DNA from: Veillonellaceae bacterium
Lineage (GTDB): Bacteria; Bacillota; Negativicutes; JAAYSF01
NCBI GenBank assembly: GCA_012523975.1
Contig: JAAYSF010000073.1
Coordinates: forward strand, 416-64,415
Direction of reading: 5' to 3'
DNA: 64,000 nt
Each line of letters starts with the position of its first letter. The first letter of the stretch is position 1. This document shows, in pieces, positions 29,551 to 38,345 of the stretch. The notes under the pieces are model-generated. The model was not told the DNA's origin and ran no database searches. It worked only from the letters and a program-made list of their open reading frames with translations. A program made the position numbers and the translations under genes.

Positions 29551-30000
29551 ATGAATAAGCATGAGTATTTACAACAGATAGCAGCAGAACACGACTATAA
29601 TTACAATTGTTACGAGGTCGACTGTGAGCAGTTTATTAGCAATCTAATTAAAGGCTTTATGAACTACCTGGGAGGCCAACCCAATATTCTGAAACTTGCC
29701 CCCTATGGGAACTATGATAGGAATATTTCTTACTCTTTTACTGAAGCGGTTGAATTTAGTAGTGAAGACAACCTAAAACGCTTTGGTTTGCTCTTAATTC
29801 TTGGAATACATAAAATTAATCATATCAAATTTAAAATTGGCAAAGTCAAGGGTAAGTATTATGTCGGTGTAGGTGTTGGTGAAGAAAGTAAAGAATTCTA
29901 TATTGAAGATCAACAGGCATGTAATTTATCAATCGTGTATGATTACATTTATAAGACTTATGAAGATTATTATAAGGCAGAAATTAAGGCTAACATATGA
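29551..30000 (+). CDS. Hypothetical protein (149 aa, Tyr/Asn-rich, AT-rich)
   Basis: ORF with a GGAGG RBS. No recognisable domain. Terminator-like hairpin at 30008-30050. Confidence 0.45.
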   Translation: MNKHEYLQQIAAEHDYNYNCYEVDCEQFISNLIKGFMNYLGGQPNILKLAPYGNYDRNISYSFTEAVEFSSEDNLKRFGLLLILGIHKINHIKFKIGKVKGKYYVGVGVGEESKEFYIEDQQACNLSIVYDYIYKTYEDYYKAEIKANI

Positions 30001-30181
30001 TATAAACAAGACCGTCATAACGGCTATTCGCCGATGACGGTCTTCTTGTTCAAGTTGCTAACTAGCTTTTACCACTTAGACGATAAAAAACACGCATGGC
30101 AGGAGTATGGTCAAAAATTAGAAGACTTTTCATATGTCTTTTGGACATACTAATTGTAAGTACTAAAGTGGAGGTGCTTGT

Positions 30182-30382
30182 ATGACCCTGGAAAAGCATA
30201 TAAAAGCTGGCGGAGATGCAGGATTTAATGCTAAGGAATTAAAACTCAACAAATTCGTCAAAAAGCTGCCTGAGGATAAGCAGGAAACACTGTACAAAGA
30301 ATTGAAATCTCACGGAGCTATTGACAATCCCGTCACATATACCGAAACGCATCTCGAGGGTGGTATAGAAGACGAACTTTGA
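30182..30382 (+). CDS. Hypothetical small protein (66 aa)
   Basis: GGAGGTG RBS upstream. A terminator hairpin with T-run follows at 30398-30436. Confidence 0.4.
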   Translation: MTLEKHIKAGGDAGFNAKELKLNKFVKKLPEDKQETLYKELKSHGAIDNPVTYTETHLEGGIEDEL

Positions 30383-30438
30383 TTGCTAATGAGTAAGCGA
30401 CCGTCTAAAGCCTCACGGGCTAATGACGGTCGTTTTCA

Positions 30439-30624
30439 TTAAAAGGTGCTATCAGGCCAGAGAAGGCCTTTAACCAAAATCACAGCTACCAATATGCCAA
30501 ATAAAATGAACAGTATGCCTCTATTTATTTGCTTAAGCTTAAGGTTATAAAAGCCGGCCCAGAACAAAGTAAGCGTTAAAAGGATTAGGCCAACCATACC
30601 GGTAATATCAAATAACTTCTCCAC
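30439..30624 (-). CDS. Small two-TM membrane protein (61 aa, GTG start)
   Basis: AAAGGAG RBS 9 nt upstream of the GTG. Two hydrophobic helices. Confidence 0.45.
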   Translation of the reverse strand: MEKLFDITGMVGLILLTLTLFWAGFYNLKLKQINRGILFILFGILVAVILVKGLLWPDSTF

Positions 30625-30894
30625 AGGTGTCCACTCCTTTAATTCGGCATTTTTGAAATGGGGTTTTGTTATTATTCTCCATATTGTCAGTATACCCTAT
30701 ATGAGTATATATACAAACACAACTTTAATGCAGCAATTTTGCAGGAAGAACAAAGCAAATCTCGAAGGTATAATAATATTCCTGGAACAAGCGGAGGCTA
30801 AAGGAGATACATTATTTTTCAATAGCTCAGATTCCGTAGCGCAATGGGAGAATTAAAGCTTATATCATTCTTAATATGATTCGGGAGGAAATAG

Positions 30895-31329
30895 ATGCGA
30901 ATTGCAGTCATTGACGGGCAGGGCGGCGGTATGGGCAAGGTAATTATTGAGCGACTACGGCGTGAATTTCACGACAAAGTAGAAGTTTTGGCCCTTGGTA
31001 CTAACTCCTTGGCTACTGCAGCAATGCTGAAAGCGGGTGCAAATGAAGGCGCGACTGGTGAAAATGCAATCATCTATAATGCAAACGAGGTTGACTGGAT
31101 AGTAGGATCGCTTAGCATTATTGTCGCTAATTCCATGCAGGGCGAGTTATCGCCCAACATGGCTGCCGCCATAGCGAGCAGCAAAGCTAAAAAACTTTTA
31201 CTGCCTATCCACCGCAGTAATATCGAAATTATTGGAATCGCGGCTGAACCATTGCCGCACCTTGTTGAAATGCTATTGGCCCAAATTAGAAAATGTATGG
31301 AGATGGAGGATAAAAATGTGCGAGGCTAA
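30895..31329 (+). CDS. Hypothetical protein (144 aa; possibly DUF3842-like)
   Basis: MRIAVIDGQGGGMGK N-terminus. Overlaps the start of the CooT-like gene (operon). Confidence 0.45.
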   Translation: MRIAVIDGQGGGMGKVIIERLRREFHDKVEVLALGTNSLATAAMLKAGANEGATGENAIIYNANEVDWIVGSLSIIVANSMQGELSPNMAAAIASSKAKKLLLPIHRSNIEIIGIAAEPLPHLVEMLLAQIRKCMEMEDKNVRG

Positions 31330-31513
31330 TGTATATATCCACCATGGTGGTAAAGAAGAATTACTTCTTGAGCGGGTAGATAAATTAATACCGCAGGGTA
31401 ATGAAATCTATCTTGAGAACATATTTGGACAACGTAAAACAATAGTAGCTCGCATTAAGGAATTACACCTTGTGGATCACCGCATAATATTAGAACGTAC
31501 TGACAATCAGTAA
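31316..31513 (+). CDS. CooT-family small nickel-binding protein (65 aa, N-terminal Met-Cys)
   Basis: MCEANVYI... N-terminus matches the CooT-family (PF10133) signature, whose Cys2 is a Ni ligand. Confidence 0.55.
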   Translation: MCEANVYIHHGGKEELLLERVDKLIPQGNEIYLENIFGQRKTIVARIKELHLVDHRIILERTDNQ

Positions 31514-31663
31514 ATATGCATTATACTATGATTTTTGCTGGAGTCTTTTTGTTTTACCTTGATTTTTTATCTCATTTCAATAATAATTGATATAATAAAT
31601 AGTATGTAAAACGAGTTTTCTGCTGTTTCAGAACCGCACATTTGTAATTTAGGAGGGAAACAT

Positions 31664-32959
31664 ATGTTGAAAGAATATGCGCTGGGATTTGGAGACGGCG
31701 AATTTAAAATTTCACTGCCTGAAGAACGCGTCATAAATTTTGTGGAAGGAAAACACTATGAGGCCGTTGCTGACGTACCAGCAGCCGTTAAAGTTGCATT
31801 GAATAACCCAATTGGTACGCCGCCGTTAAAAGAAGTCGTAAAAAAAGGTGATAGCGTAGCTATAATTGCCAGCGATATAACCCGTAAATGGGTTCGCCAT
31901 GATCTTTTTTTGCCGGTTCTTTTAAATGAATTAAATGAAGCAGGTATTCCTGATTCAGATATAAAAATTGTAGTTAGTCTTGGTGCTCATCGTTATCATA
32001 CTGATGAAGAAAATGTAGCAACCTACGGTCAAGAAGTTGTAGATCGCGTTGAGATTGTGCAAAGCTATGCTCCTAAAACCGAAGACTTTGTTTTTATTGG
32101 TAAAACTTCACGCGGCAATGAGACTTGGATTAATAAGCACGTTGCCAATGCTGACAAAGTAATTCTCACGGGTGGTATTGTTTATCACTTGATGGCCGGT
32201 TTCGGCGGTGGAAGAAAAGCTATTATGCCTGGTGTCTCGGGTTATGCAAGTATTCAAGCTAATCATAGATTGTGCCTGCATGAAGAAGTCGGTAAAGGCA
32301 TAAGCCCCCGCTGCGTATCTGGCAAACTTGAAGGTAATTTTATGAATGAAGATATGACTGAAATGGCCGCACTAGCAAAACCGGCGTTCTTGCTCAATGC
32401 AGTACTTACAGCTGAAGGCCAGATTGCTCGTATTGTGGCCGGACATTGGTATGATGCTTGGCTCGAGGGAACTAAGACAGTAGAAGAAATCTTCGGCGTT
32501 CCAATTAACGGAAAGGCTGACCTTGTAATTGCCTCAGCTGGCGGATTCCCTAAAGATATCAACTTGTATCAAGGTTCAAAAACTATTGATAATGCCTATA
32601 TTGCAGCCAAAGAAGACGGTGTTATTATTATGCTGCTTGAGTGTCGTGATATTATGGAGCCGCCTGATTTCAGCGGCTGGTTCAACTATGAATCGTTATA
32701 TGATCGTGAAATTGCTTTGCGCGACGGATTTACCGTGCCAGGTTTTATTGCCTTAAAATGCGGCGCCATGGCTAGACAAATCCCGATGATTCTTGTAACC
32801 CTTCCGGAGAACAAGGCTTTTGTTGAAAAGGCTGGGTTTATTGCTGCGGAAACATTGGATGAGGCAATTGCTATTGCTGAACAAAAGCTTGGCCGTAAAG
32901 ACTATACCGTAACTGTAATGCCTCATGCTGCCAATACTATGCCGATCCTCAAAAAGTAA
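31664..32959 (+). CDS. LarA-family (nickel-pincer-nucleotide-dependent 2-hydroxyacid racemase/epimerase, DUF2088) protein
   Basis: 431 aa with LarA-like N-terminal domain architecture. Includes a GGGRK motif region. Confidence 0.7.
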   Translation: MLKEYALGFGDGEFKISLPEERVINFVEGKHYEAVADVPAAVKVALNNPIGTPPLKEVVKKGDSVAIIASDITRKWVRHDLFLPVLLNELNEAGIPDSDIKIVVSLGAHRYHTDEENVATYGQEVVDRVEIVQSYAPKTEDFVFIGKTSRGNETWINKHVANADKVILTGGIVYHLMAGFGGGRKAIMPGVSGYASIQANHRLCLHEEVGKGISPRCVSGKLEGNFMNEDMTEMAALAKPAFLLNAVLTAEGQIARIVAGHWYDAWLEGTKTVEEIFGVPINGKADLVIASAGGFPKDINLYQGSKTIDNAYIAAKEDGVIIMLLECRDIMEPPDFSGWFNYESLYDREIALRDGFTVPGFIALKCGAMARQIPMILVTLPENKAFVEKAGFIAAETLDEAIAIAEQKLGRKDYTVTVMPHAANTMPILKK

Positions 32960-33117
32960 ATAAGTGATAGTTGACCTTTATAGTAAAATATTTGGCAAGG
33001 TAGATCGGTTTTATTAAGCTGATTTTACCTTGTTTTTTTATATACTAATATCATTTTGCATAATTGACTGATACTCACCATAAATATCTATGTAGGACAT
33101 GGATAGGAGTTGGTGAT

Positions 33118-34416
33118 GTGAAAGTCTTAACAATGCTGCTGCTTTGGTATTTTACGCTGATGGGGACGGTCTATGCCGAACCTGGCGAAATAATTGACAA
33201 TGTTGCAATTACTGGAAAGGCAGTAGCCATCAGTGTGGAAGATATTAGAACGGCAGCAGAATTAGAAAGTGTCGTTGCTATCGGTGAAATGGAACAGATA
33301 AAAATGACCTTCTTTTTGTCGGGGCAATTTATCGAAAAGAATGCGGTTCTAGTAAAAAAAACCTCTGATAAAGGCTACGAATTTGGGAATTATGGTCTCA
33401 CCATGAAATATTGGGGACAGCTAAGAGACGACGAAATAGCGAAAGAGTTAACGGGGGCAGGGGAGATACTGCAAAATACACTTGGGGTATCAGCTAAATT
33501 TGTCCGCCCGCCATATAATTACTACGAGAATGATTTTCTTAAAGCAGCCTATGCTAACTTTCTCAGCGTTATTCGTGGTTTAGATACTAGCGACTGGACA
33601 ATAAATTCACCGCAAGCAATTATCGACAAAATAAAAAACTCTGCTGCCAGCGGTGATATTATTAGCATAAATATGAAGGCAAAACACTCAGCCGCCGCTC
33701 TGCCGGAAGTAATTCGCGAGCTCAAGGGTATGGGCTTCGAAATTGTGACCGTCTCCCAACTGCTTGCGAAAGTTCCGCCAAAGGCAGTAAAGTCGCCGAA
33801 GGCTATTCACCCATTTGCTGTCATAAGCCGGGTGAGCGAGGCTAGTCCTAAAGTTGCCCTAACATTTGATGACGGAGGGAGTAGTTATAGGGTAGATACT
33901 ATTCTTGATGTTTTAAGGGCTAATGAGGTTCACTCGACCTTTTTTTTATCTGGTGATTGGGCAGAAAACAACCCAAACTTGGTACGTAAAATAGCAGAAG
34001 AAGGGCATGAGATTGCCAACCATTCATATTCGCATCCAGTTTTTTCTTGGCTTGGGGCGGATGCCATCGCAGCTGAGCTTATTAGTACGGAAACTGCGTT
34101 AAAGAAAGGTATAGGTGATGCGCCGGCAAGATATTTCCGTCCGCCTTATGGAGATTATAACAATTATGTAATAGAGGAGGTTAGAAACCTAGGCTATGAA
34201 GCTATTGTTTTATGGGACGTTGATACCCGGGACTGGAGTGGGTTATCCTCAGAAACTATAATAAATAGGGTTATTAGTCAAGTAACGGGCGGTTCAATTG
34301 TTCTTTTTCATCTCCACGCTCCAGGAACGCCCGATGCATTAAGTCAGATAATACCGCTTTTAAAAGATCGTGGCTATGTGTTGACTACTGTTGGAGCAAT
34401 ATTAGAAAGTGTATGA
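33118..34416 (+). CDS. Secreted polysaccharide deacetylase (NodB/CE4) with duplicated domains
   Basis: Signal peptide after a GTG start. C-terminal domain carries TFDDG...HSYSHP CE4 motifs. The N-terminal domain is degenerate. Confidence 0.75.
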   Translation: MKVLTMLLLWYFTLMGTVYAEPGEIIDNVAITGKAVAISVEDIRTAAELESVVAIGEMEQIKMTFFLSGQFIEKNAVLVKKTSDKGYEFGNYGLTMKYWGQLRDDEIAKELTGAGEILQNTLGVSAKFVRPPYNYYENDFLKAAYANFLSVIRGLDTSDWTINSPQAIIDKIKNSAASGDIISINMKAKHSAAALPEVIRELKGMGFEIVTVSQLLAKVPPKAVKSPKAIHPFAVISRVSEASPKVALTFDDGGSSYRVDTILDVLRANEVHSTFFLSGDWAENNPNLVRKIAEEGHEIANHSYSHPVFSWLGADAIAAELISTETALKKGIGDAPARYFRPPYGDYNNYVIEEVRNLGYEAIVLWDVDTRDWSGLSSETIINRVISQVTGGSIVLFHLHAPGTPDALSQIIPLLKDRGYVLTTVGAILESV

Positions 34417-34472
34417 CCTAGGTCTAATGTGGTGGTGTATTAAGTGAGGAAAAAATTCTTATTGATTTTATG

Positions 34473-34501
34473 TTGACAATAATCTATTTCGATTATATAA
34501 T
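34473..34501 (+). promoter_or_regulatory. Sigma-A-type promoter TTGACA-N17-TATAAT upstream of tRNA-Arg
   Basis: Exact consensus hexamers with 17-nt spacing. Confidence 0.6.
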
Positions 34502-34521
34502 ATACAAGTAATCGCTGATGT

Positions 34522-34598
34522 GACTCCGTAGCTCAGCTGGATAGAGCGTTTGACTACGAATCAAAAGGTCGCAGGTTCGAATCCTGCCGGGGTCGCCA
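34522..34598 (+). tRNA. tRNA-Arg (anticodon ACG)
   Basis: Cloverleaf with acceptor gactccg/cggggtc, anticodon loop ctACGaa, encoded CCA. Confidence 0.9.
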
Positions 34599-34604
34599 TT
34601 ATTA

Positions 34605-34635
34605 GCACCAGAAAAAATCTGGTGTTTTGTTTTCG
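34605..34635 (+). terminator. Intrinsic terminator (gcaccaga-aaaaa-tctggtgt + T-run)
   Basis: Hairpin plus TTTTGTTTT. Confidence 0.55.
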
Positions 34636-34676
34636 CTAAGCCTGTTCCGAAAGGGTAAAAAACGAAAAAATAATCG

Positions 34677-34705
34677 TTGACATAAACTTAGCAGCATGAT
34701 ATAAT
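34677..34705 (+). promoter_or_regulatory. Sigma-A-type promoter TTGACA-N17-TATAAT upstream of the tRNA-His-Gln-Lys-Leu cluster
   Basis: Exact consensus hexamers with 17-nt spacing. Confidence 0.6.
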
Positions 34706-34732
34706 GGAATTCGTCGTCAGGGACAAAAACAT

Positions 34733-34809
34733 GGTGGCTGTGGTGAAGCGGTTAACACGGCGGATTGTGGCTCCGTTACTCGAGGGTTCGAATCCCTTCA
34801 GTCACCCCA
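34733..34809 (+). tRNA. tRNA-His (anticodon GTG) with encoded G-1
   Basis: Extra 5' G pairs with C73. Anticodon loop ttGTGgc. Encoded CCA. Confidence 0.85.
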
Positions 34810-34839
34810 TTTATTTAACAATTATTACAATGTATATAT

Positions 34840-34915
34840 AGGGGCGTAGCCAAGTCGGTAAGGCAACGGACTTTGACTCCGTCATGCGTTGGTTCGAGTC
34901 CAGCCGCCCCTGCCA
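34840..34915 (+). tRNA. tRNA-Gln (anticodon TTG)
   Basis: Acceptor aggggcg/cgcccct, anticodon loop ctTTGac, encoded CCA. Confidence 0.85.
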
Positions 34916-34929
34916 TTGATGTTACTAAT

Positions 34930-35005
34930 GACCCACTAGCTCAGTCGGTAGAGCACCTGACTTTTAATCAGGGTGTCGATGGTTCGAGTCCATCGTGGGT
35001 CACCA
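34930..35005 (+). tRNA. tRNA-Lys (anticodon TTT)
   Basis: Acceptor gacccac/gtgggtc, anticodon loop ctTTTaa, encoded CCA. Confidence 0.9.
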
Positions 35006-35022
35006 TTTAAAATTCAATACAT

Positions 35023-35105
35023 GCGGGAGTGGCGGAATTGGCAGACGCACCAGACTTAGGATCTGGCGGGTGACCGTGGGGGTTCAAGTCCCTTCTCCCG
35101 CACCA
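35023..35105 (+). tRNA. tRNA-Leu (anticodon TAG), canonical copy
   Basis: Type II tRNA with long variable arm. Acceptor gcgggag/ctcccgc, loop ctTAGga, CCA. Confidence 0.9.
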
Positions 35106-35123
35106 ATTCAAACAATGATAAGG

Positions 35124-35150
35124 CTTACAGAGCAAACTGTAGGTCTTTTT
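35124..35150 (+). terminator. Intrinsic terminator after first tRNA-Leu (cttacag..ctgtagg + TCTTTTT)
   Basis: Hairpin plus T-run. Confidence 0.45.
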
Positions 35151-35299
35151 ACTTTTTGCCTTGATTTCCAAATGCAATGGGAGGCAGAGCTATTAGCCAG
35201 CCTTGAGCATATGCCTACATTTACTTATCTTATTAAAAAAAGACTAGCAAAGTAAGCAGCTTTATGTTATCATGTAATAGTTGCAACACACCAATATAT

Positions 35300-35381
35300 G
35301 CGGGAGTGGCGGAATTGGCAGACGCACCAGACTTAGGATCTGGCGGGTGACCGTGGGGGTTCAAGTCCCTTCCCCGCACCA
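35300..35381 (+). tRNA. tRNA-Leu (TAG) second copy with a 1-nt deletion at the T-stem/acceptor 3' strand (possibly defective)
   Basis: Identical to copy 1 except ...cccttccccgcacca versus ...cccttctcccgcacca. This leaves a 6-nt or mismatched acceptor 3' strand. Confidence 0.6.
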
Positions 35382-35402
35382 ATTTTTCTAAATGCATGCT
35401 TT

Positions 35403-35437
35403 AGGCTTTCAGGAATTTGTCCTGAAAGCCTTTTTAT
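35403..35437 (+). terminator. Intrinsic terminator (aggctttcagga..cctgaaagcct + TTTTT)
   Basis: 11-bp stem followed by a T-run. Confidence 0.6.
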
Positions 35438-35586
35438 TTTATCTACCAGGTTTTAATGAATATAATTCCGGTGACAGAAATGCAGTCAGTGCTTGTTCTT
35501 TTGCCATGGCAAAGAAGATAGCAGGATATTGCTAATGTAAATATCTAGTAATATAATGACCTTAAAGGAGATAAGGGAGTGAGGGC

Positions 35587-36141
35587 GTGAACAAAGAAAA
35601 GTGCTGCTCCGGAATGGCGGTTGAGCTGAAGGGTTGCAGCAAGAGTAATAATAGTAGCTTAGATGAACCCGCCGAGAAAAAAACCCTTATTGAGTTTATG
35701 TTTATTGATTTAACAACGTGTGACCGTTGTATTGGCACTGATGCCAGTTTAGACGAGGCGATTGGCGAGGCGTCACTGTTTCTGCGTAATATCGGATATA
35801 ATGTTGAAGTGCGGAAGACTTTAGTAGAAGATGAACAGCAGGCAGAGGCGTTGGGATTTATCAGTTCGCCGACAATTCGAATTAACGGGCGCGATATCCA
35901 ACTCGATATTAAAGAGAGTCGGTGCAGCTGCTGCGGGGAAATTGCCGGGCAGGATATTGATTGCCGGGTTTGGATTTGGCAGGGTAGAGAATACACTGCG
36001 CCGCCCAAGGCCATGATTATTGACGCCATACTTCGCAATATCTATGGAGCTAAGAGAACCATGGTTTTGCCGCAGAGGCCTAAGCAGGTTCCGGATAACT
36101 TAAAGCGCTTTTTTGCTGCGGTTTCTAAACAAAAGCAATAA
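35587..36141 (+). CDS. Cys-rich hypothetical protein (possibly DUF2703/thioredoxin-like)
   Basis: Multiple CxxC-like motifs (CDRC, CSCCGE). No confident family. Confidence 0.45.
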   Translation: MNKEKCCSGMAVELKGCSKSNNSSLDEPAEKKTLIEFMFIDLTTCDRCIGTDASLDEAIGEASLFLRNIGYNVEVRKTLVEDEQQAEALGFISSPTIRINGRDIQLDIKESRCSCCGEIAGQDIDCRVWIWQGREYTAPPKAMIIDAILRNIYGAKRTMVLPQRPKQVPDNLKRFFAAVSKQKQ

Positions 36142-36157
36142 TATAGTGCGAAAAAAT

Positions 36158-36179
36158 AAACACCAGAAATCTGGTGTTT
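36158..36179. terminator. Hairpin terminator (aaacaccag-aaat-ctggtgttt), probably for the minus-strand gene (T-run on minus)
   Basis: 9-bp stem. A-run on the plus side equals a T-run on the minus strand. Confidence 0.5.
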
Positions 36180-36189
36180 AAACGTAATA

Positions 36190-36654
36190 CTAATTAACAT
36201 TTCCCCAAGTCATATTGGGTTCGGTATATTCAGGCGGCGTTATATTGATAAATTCAGATTGGCCGTTATTCAGGACCTGCAGGTCAATGGTACCGAGCTT
36301 AAGTCTTTTGGGGCCATAGACACATACGCGGAGATTAACCAATGCGCCTTTATCGGTTTCGATGATTGCCTTTCCGGTTGACTTACCCGCCATAACGATG
36401 ACTTCTGATTTTTCTTTGCTGGGTGAATCACCTCGGCTCCAAATAAGTTTAATACTTTCCGGTTTGGCCAAGTCGGTATCTTTTGTTAAGAAAGTATAAT
36501 TCCAAAATATATTAGCCTGATCAATGTTAACGTTAACTGAGAGTTTTGCTTTAGGTTTTTCCAGTGACGGTGCTGCCTGAGCTGGGGATAGGACTAGGAA
36601 CGAAGCGGCAAGCAAGACAAAACAACATAATGTAAAGCGTAGTAGCTGTTTCAA
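36190..36654 (-). CDS. Secreted hypothetical protein with signal peptide
   Basis: N-terminal MKQLLRFTLCCFVLLAASFLVLSPAQA signal. No recognised domain. Confidence 0.5.
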   Translation of the reverse strand: MKQLLRFTLCCFVLLAASFLVLSPAQAAPSLEKPKAKLSVNVNIDQANIFWNYTFLTKDTDLAKPESIKLIWSRGDSPSKEKSEVIVMAGKSTGKAIIETDKGALVNLRVCVYGPKRLKLGTIDLQVLNNGQSEFINITPPEYTEPNMTWGNVN

Positions 36655-36794
36655 TGTTGGTTACCTCCATCAATAGCTTTATTCCAAGTATATCATAATT
36701 TTACACTTAGTACCATAATAGAAAAAGTTTAGAACCTGTTTTATAATTGTATGATATAATAGTGACCATATTTATGTAGCTGGAGGATGACATT

Positions 36795-37160
36795 GTGACA
36801 AAAGAAGAAATTACAGCAATGAAGCCGGGGCGGGATCTTGATGTTAAGGTTGCATTAGCAGTGATGGATTATATGTGGCTTACGCACCTGATTCATTTTA
36901 GTGAAGAAATGACTGTTAAATGGTTAGGGACGCAGGCCGACCTTGCCGAATCCAAGGGAGCCTTTGTAGCTGTAAAGCCAGAGAAAGTATATGCTTTAAA
37001 GTTGCGTGACAGATTTGATGAGGCTGTTCCCCAATATTCTACTGATGCCAACGCTGCGAGGCTGGTTATTGAAAAATTAGCTGCTAGCGGCTATCAGCTT
37101 GCAGGTGATATGAGTCCGGAACAAATCTGCAAAGCAGCTTTAGAAAAAGTTGCATTATAA
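36795..37160 (+). CDS. Hypothetical protein (121 aa)
   Basis: ORF with a GGAGGATGA RBS region. Strong terminator at 37172-37215. Confidence 0.45.
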   Translation: MTKEEITAMKPGRDLDVKVALAVMDYMWLTHLIHFSEEMTVKWLGTQADLAESKGAFVAVKPEKVYALKLRDRFDEAVPQYSTDANAARLVIEKLAASGYQLAGDMSPEQICKAALEKVAL

Positions 37161-37171
37161 TTACGCGCAAG

Positions 37172-37215
37172 ATTAAAGATCGGTGTTAGAGCTGAGCCTA
37201 ACGCCGATCTTTTAT
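37172..37215 (+). terminator. Intrinsic terminator (13-bp stem agatcggtgttag..ctaacgccgatct + TTTTATTT)
   Basis: Long stem with one G-U pair, followed by a T-run. Confidence 0.65.
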
Positions 37216-37298
37216 TTATAATTCAATGAGGATATATTGGTAAAAAATCACATAGAATGCACCGAGCCTTGAAAATGCTAATCATATGAGGTGATAAG

Positions 37299-38345
37299 AT
37301 GTCCATGCCGAAAATTCTTGGGGTGGCTACAGCGGTGCCGAAACATGCTGTTAACCAAGACGAGGTAAAGCAATTTGTCGCTGCTATGTTTAACGACAAT
37401 TTCCATGGGCTTGGGCGAATGTTGTCCATTTTTGATAATGGCAATATAAAAACTCGGTACTTCTCTTGTCCGCTCGATTGGTATTCGAAACCCCATTCGT
37501 TCAATGAAGCAAATAACCAGTTCGAAAAAACGGCGCTCGAGCTTGCAATCAATGCGGTCTCGTCGGCAATTGAACGTGCTGGGGTAGATCCCCAAGATAT
37601 TAGCGGCGTGGTATTTGTAACTTCAACGGGTATTACTACTCCTACCTTAGATGCAAAGCTTATTCAGAAGTTAGGCTTATCTTTTCATTCCGTTCGTCTC
37701 CCTGTATGGGGATTGGGCTGTGCCGGCGGGATAAGCGGGCTGGCTCGAGCAGCTGAGATGGCTAATTCGCTGCCGAGTAGCTATGTAGTAGTTGTTTCGG
37801 TTGAATTATGCAGTATTACCTTTCAGCAAAACGACTTTTCTAAGTCAAATTTAGTTGGCACAAGTATTTTTGCTGATGGAGCTGCCGCCGCAGTGTTGGG
37901 GTTAAATGGGGCGGGGCCGGAAATAATCGGAAGCTACAGCACCTTGTTTCCGGATACTGAGGACATTATGGGATGGGATGTTGTTGAAACAGGGCTGAAA
38001 GTTCGCTTTTCCCGGGATATACCAAGTATTATTAGGCGGCATCTGCCCAAGTTATTAGATGAGGCCTGCAGCTGCTGGGGGCTGACACAGGCAGAAATAA
38101 ATCATTATATTGTTCACCCGGGCGGGGCCAAAGTCCTTACGGCCTATAACGAAAGTCTTGGCCTTATTAACGGTGAGCTGGCTGAAGCTGAGGACATCCT
38201 TAAACACTATGGCAATATGTCGAGTGCGTCAGTTTTCTTTGTTTTAGAGCAGTTTTTAGCAAACACTTCTGCTAATAATAGCTACGGCGTTATGTTGGCG
38301 CTAGGGCCTGGTTTTAGCGCAGAGCAGGTGTTATTCCGATGGTAG
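37299..38345 (+). CDS. bpsA: Type III polyketide synthase (chalcone/stilbene synthase family, BpsA-like)
   Basis: Active-site GLGCAGG Cys motif. About 348 aa. Followed by an ICMT-family methyltransferase, as in B. subtilis bpsA-bpsB. Confidence 0.8.
   Translation: MSMPKILGVATAVPKHAVNQDEVKQFVAAMFNDNFHGLGRMLSIFDNGNIKTRYFSCPLDWYSKPHSFNEANNQFEKTALELAINAVSSAIERAGVDPQDISGVVFVTSTGITTPTLDAKLIQKLGLSFHSVRLPVWGLGCAGGISGLARAAEMANSLPSSYVVVVSVELCSITFQQNDFSKSNLVGTSIFADGAAAAVLGLNGAGPEIIGSYSTLFPDTEDIMGWDVVETGLKVRFSRDIPSIIRRHLPKLLDEACSCWGLTQAEINHYIVHPGGAKVLTAYNESLGLINGELAEAEDILKHYGNMSSASVFFVLEQFLANTSANNSYGVMLALGPGFSAEQVLFRW

Noticed and set aside
31232-31513. Longer 93-aa version of the CooT-like ORF
   Set aside because: Its upstream portion overlaps the preceding gene in another frame. 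The CooT-family signature requires Met-Cys at the N-terminus, which occurs at the internal ATG at 31316 preceded by GGAGGA.
34995-35255. 86-aa ORF spanning tRNA-Lys/tRNA-Leu
   Set aside because: It overlaps two tRNA genes and their terminator, so it is a spurious reading frame.
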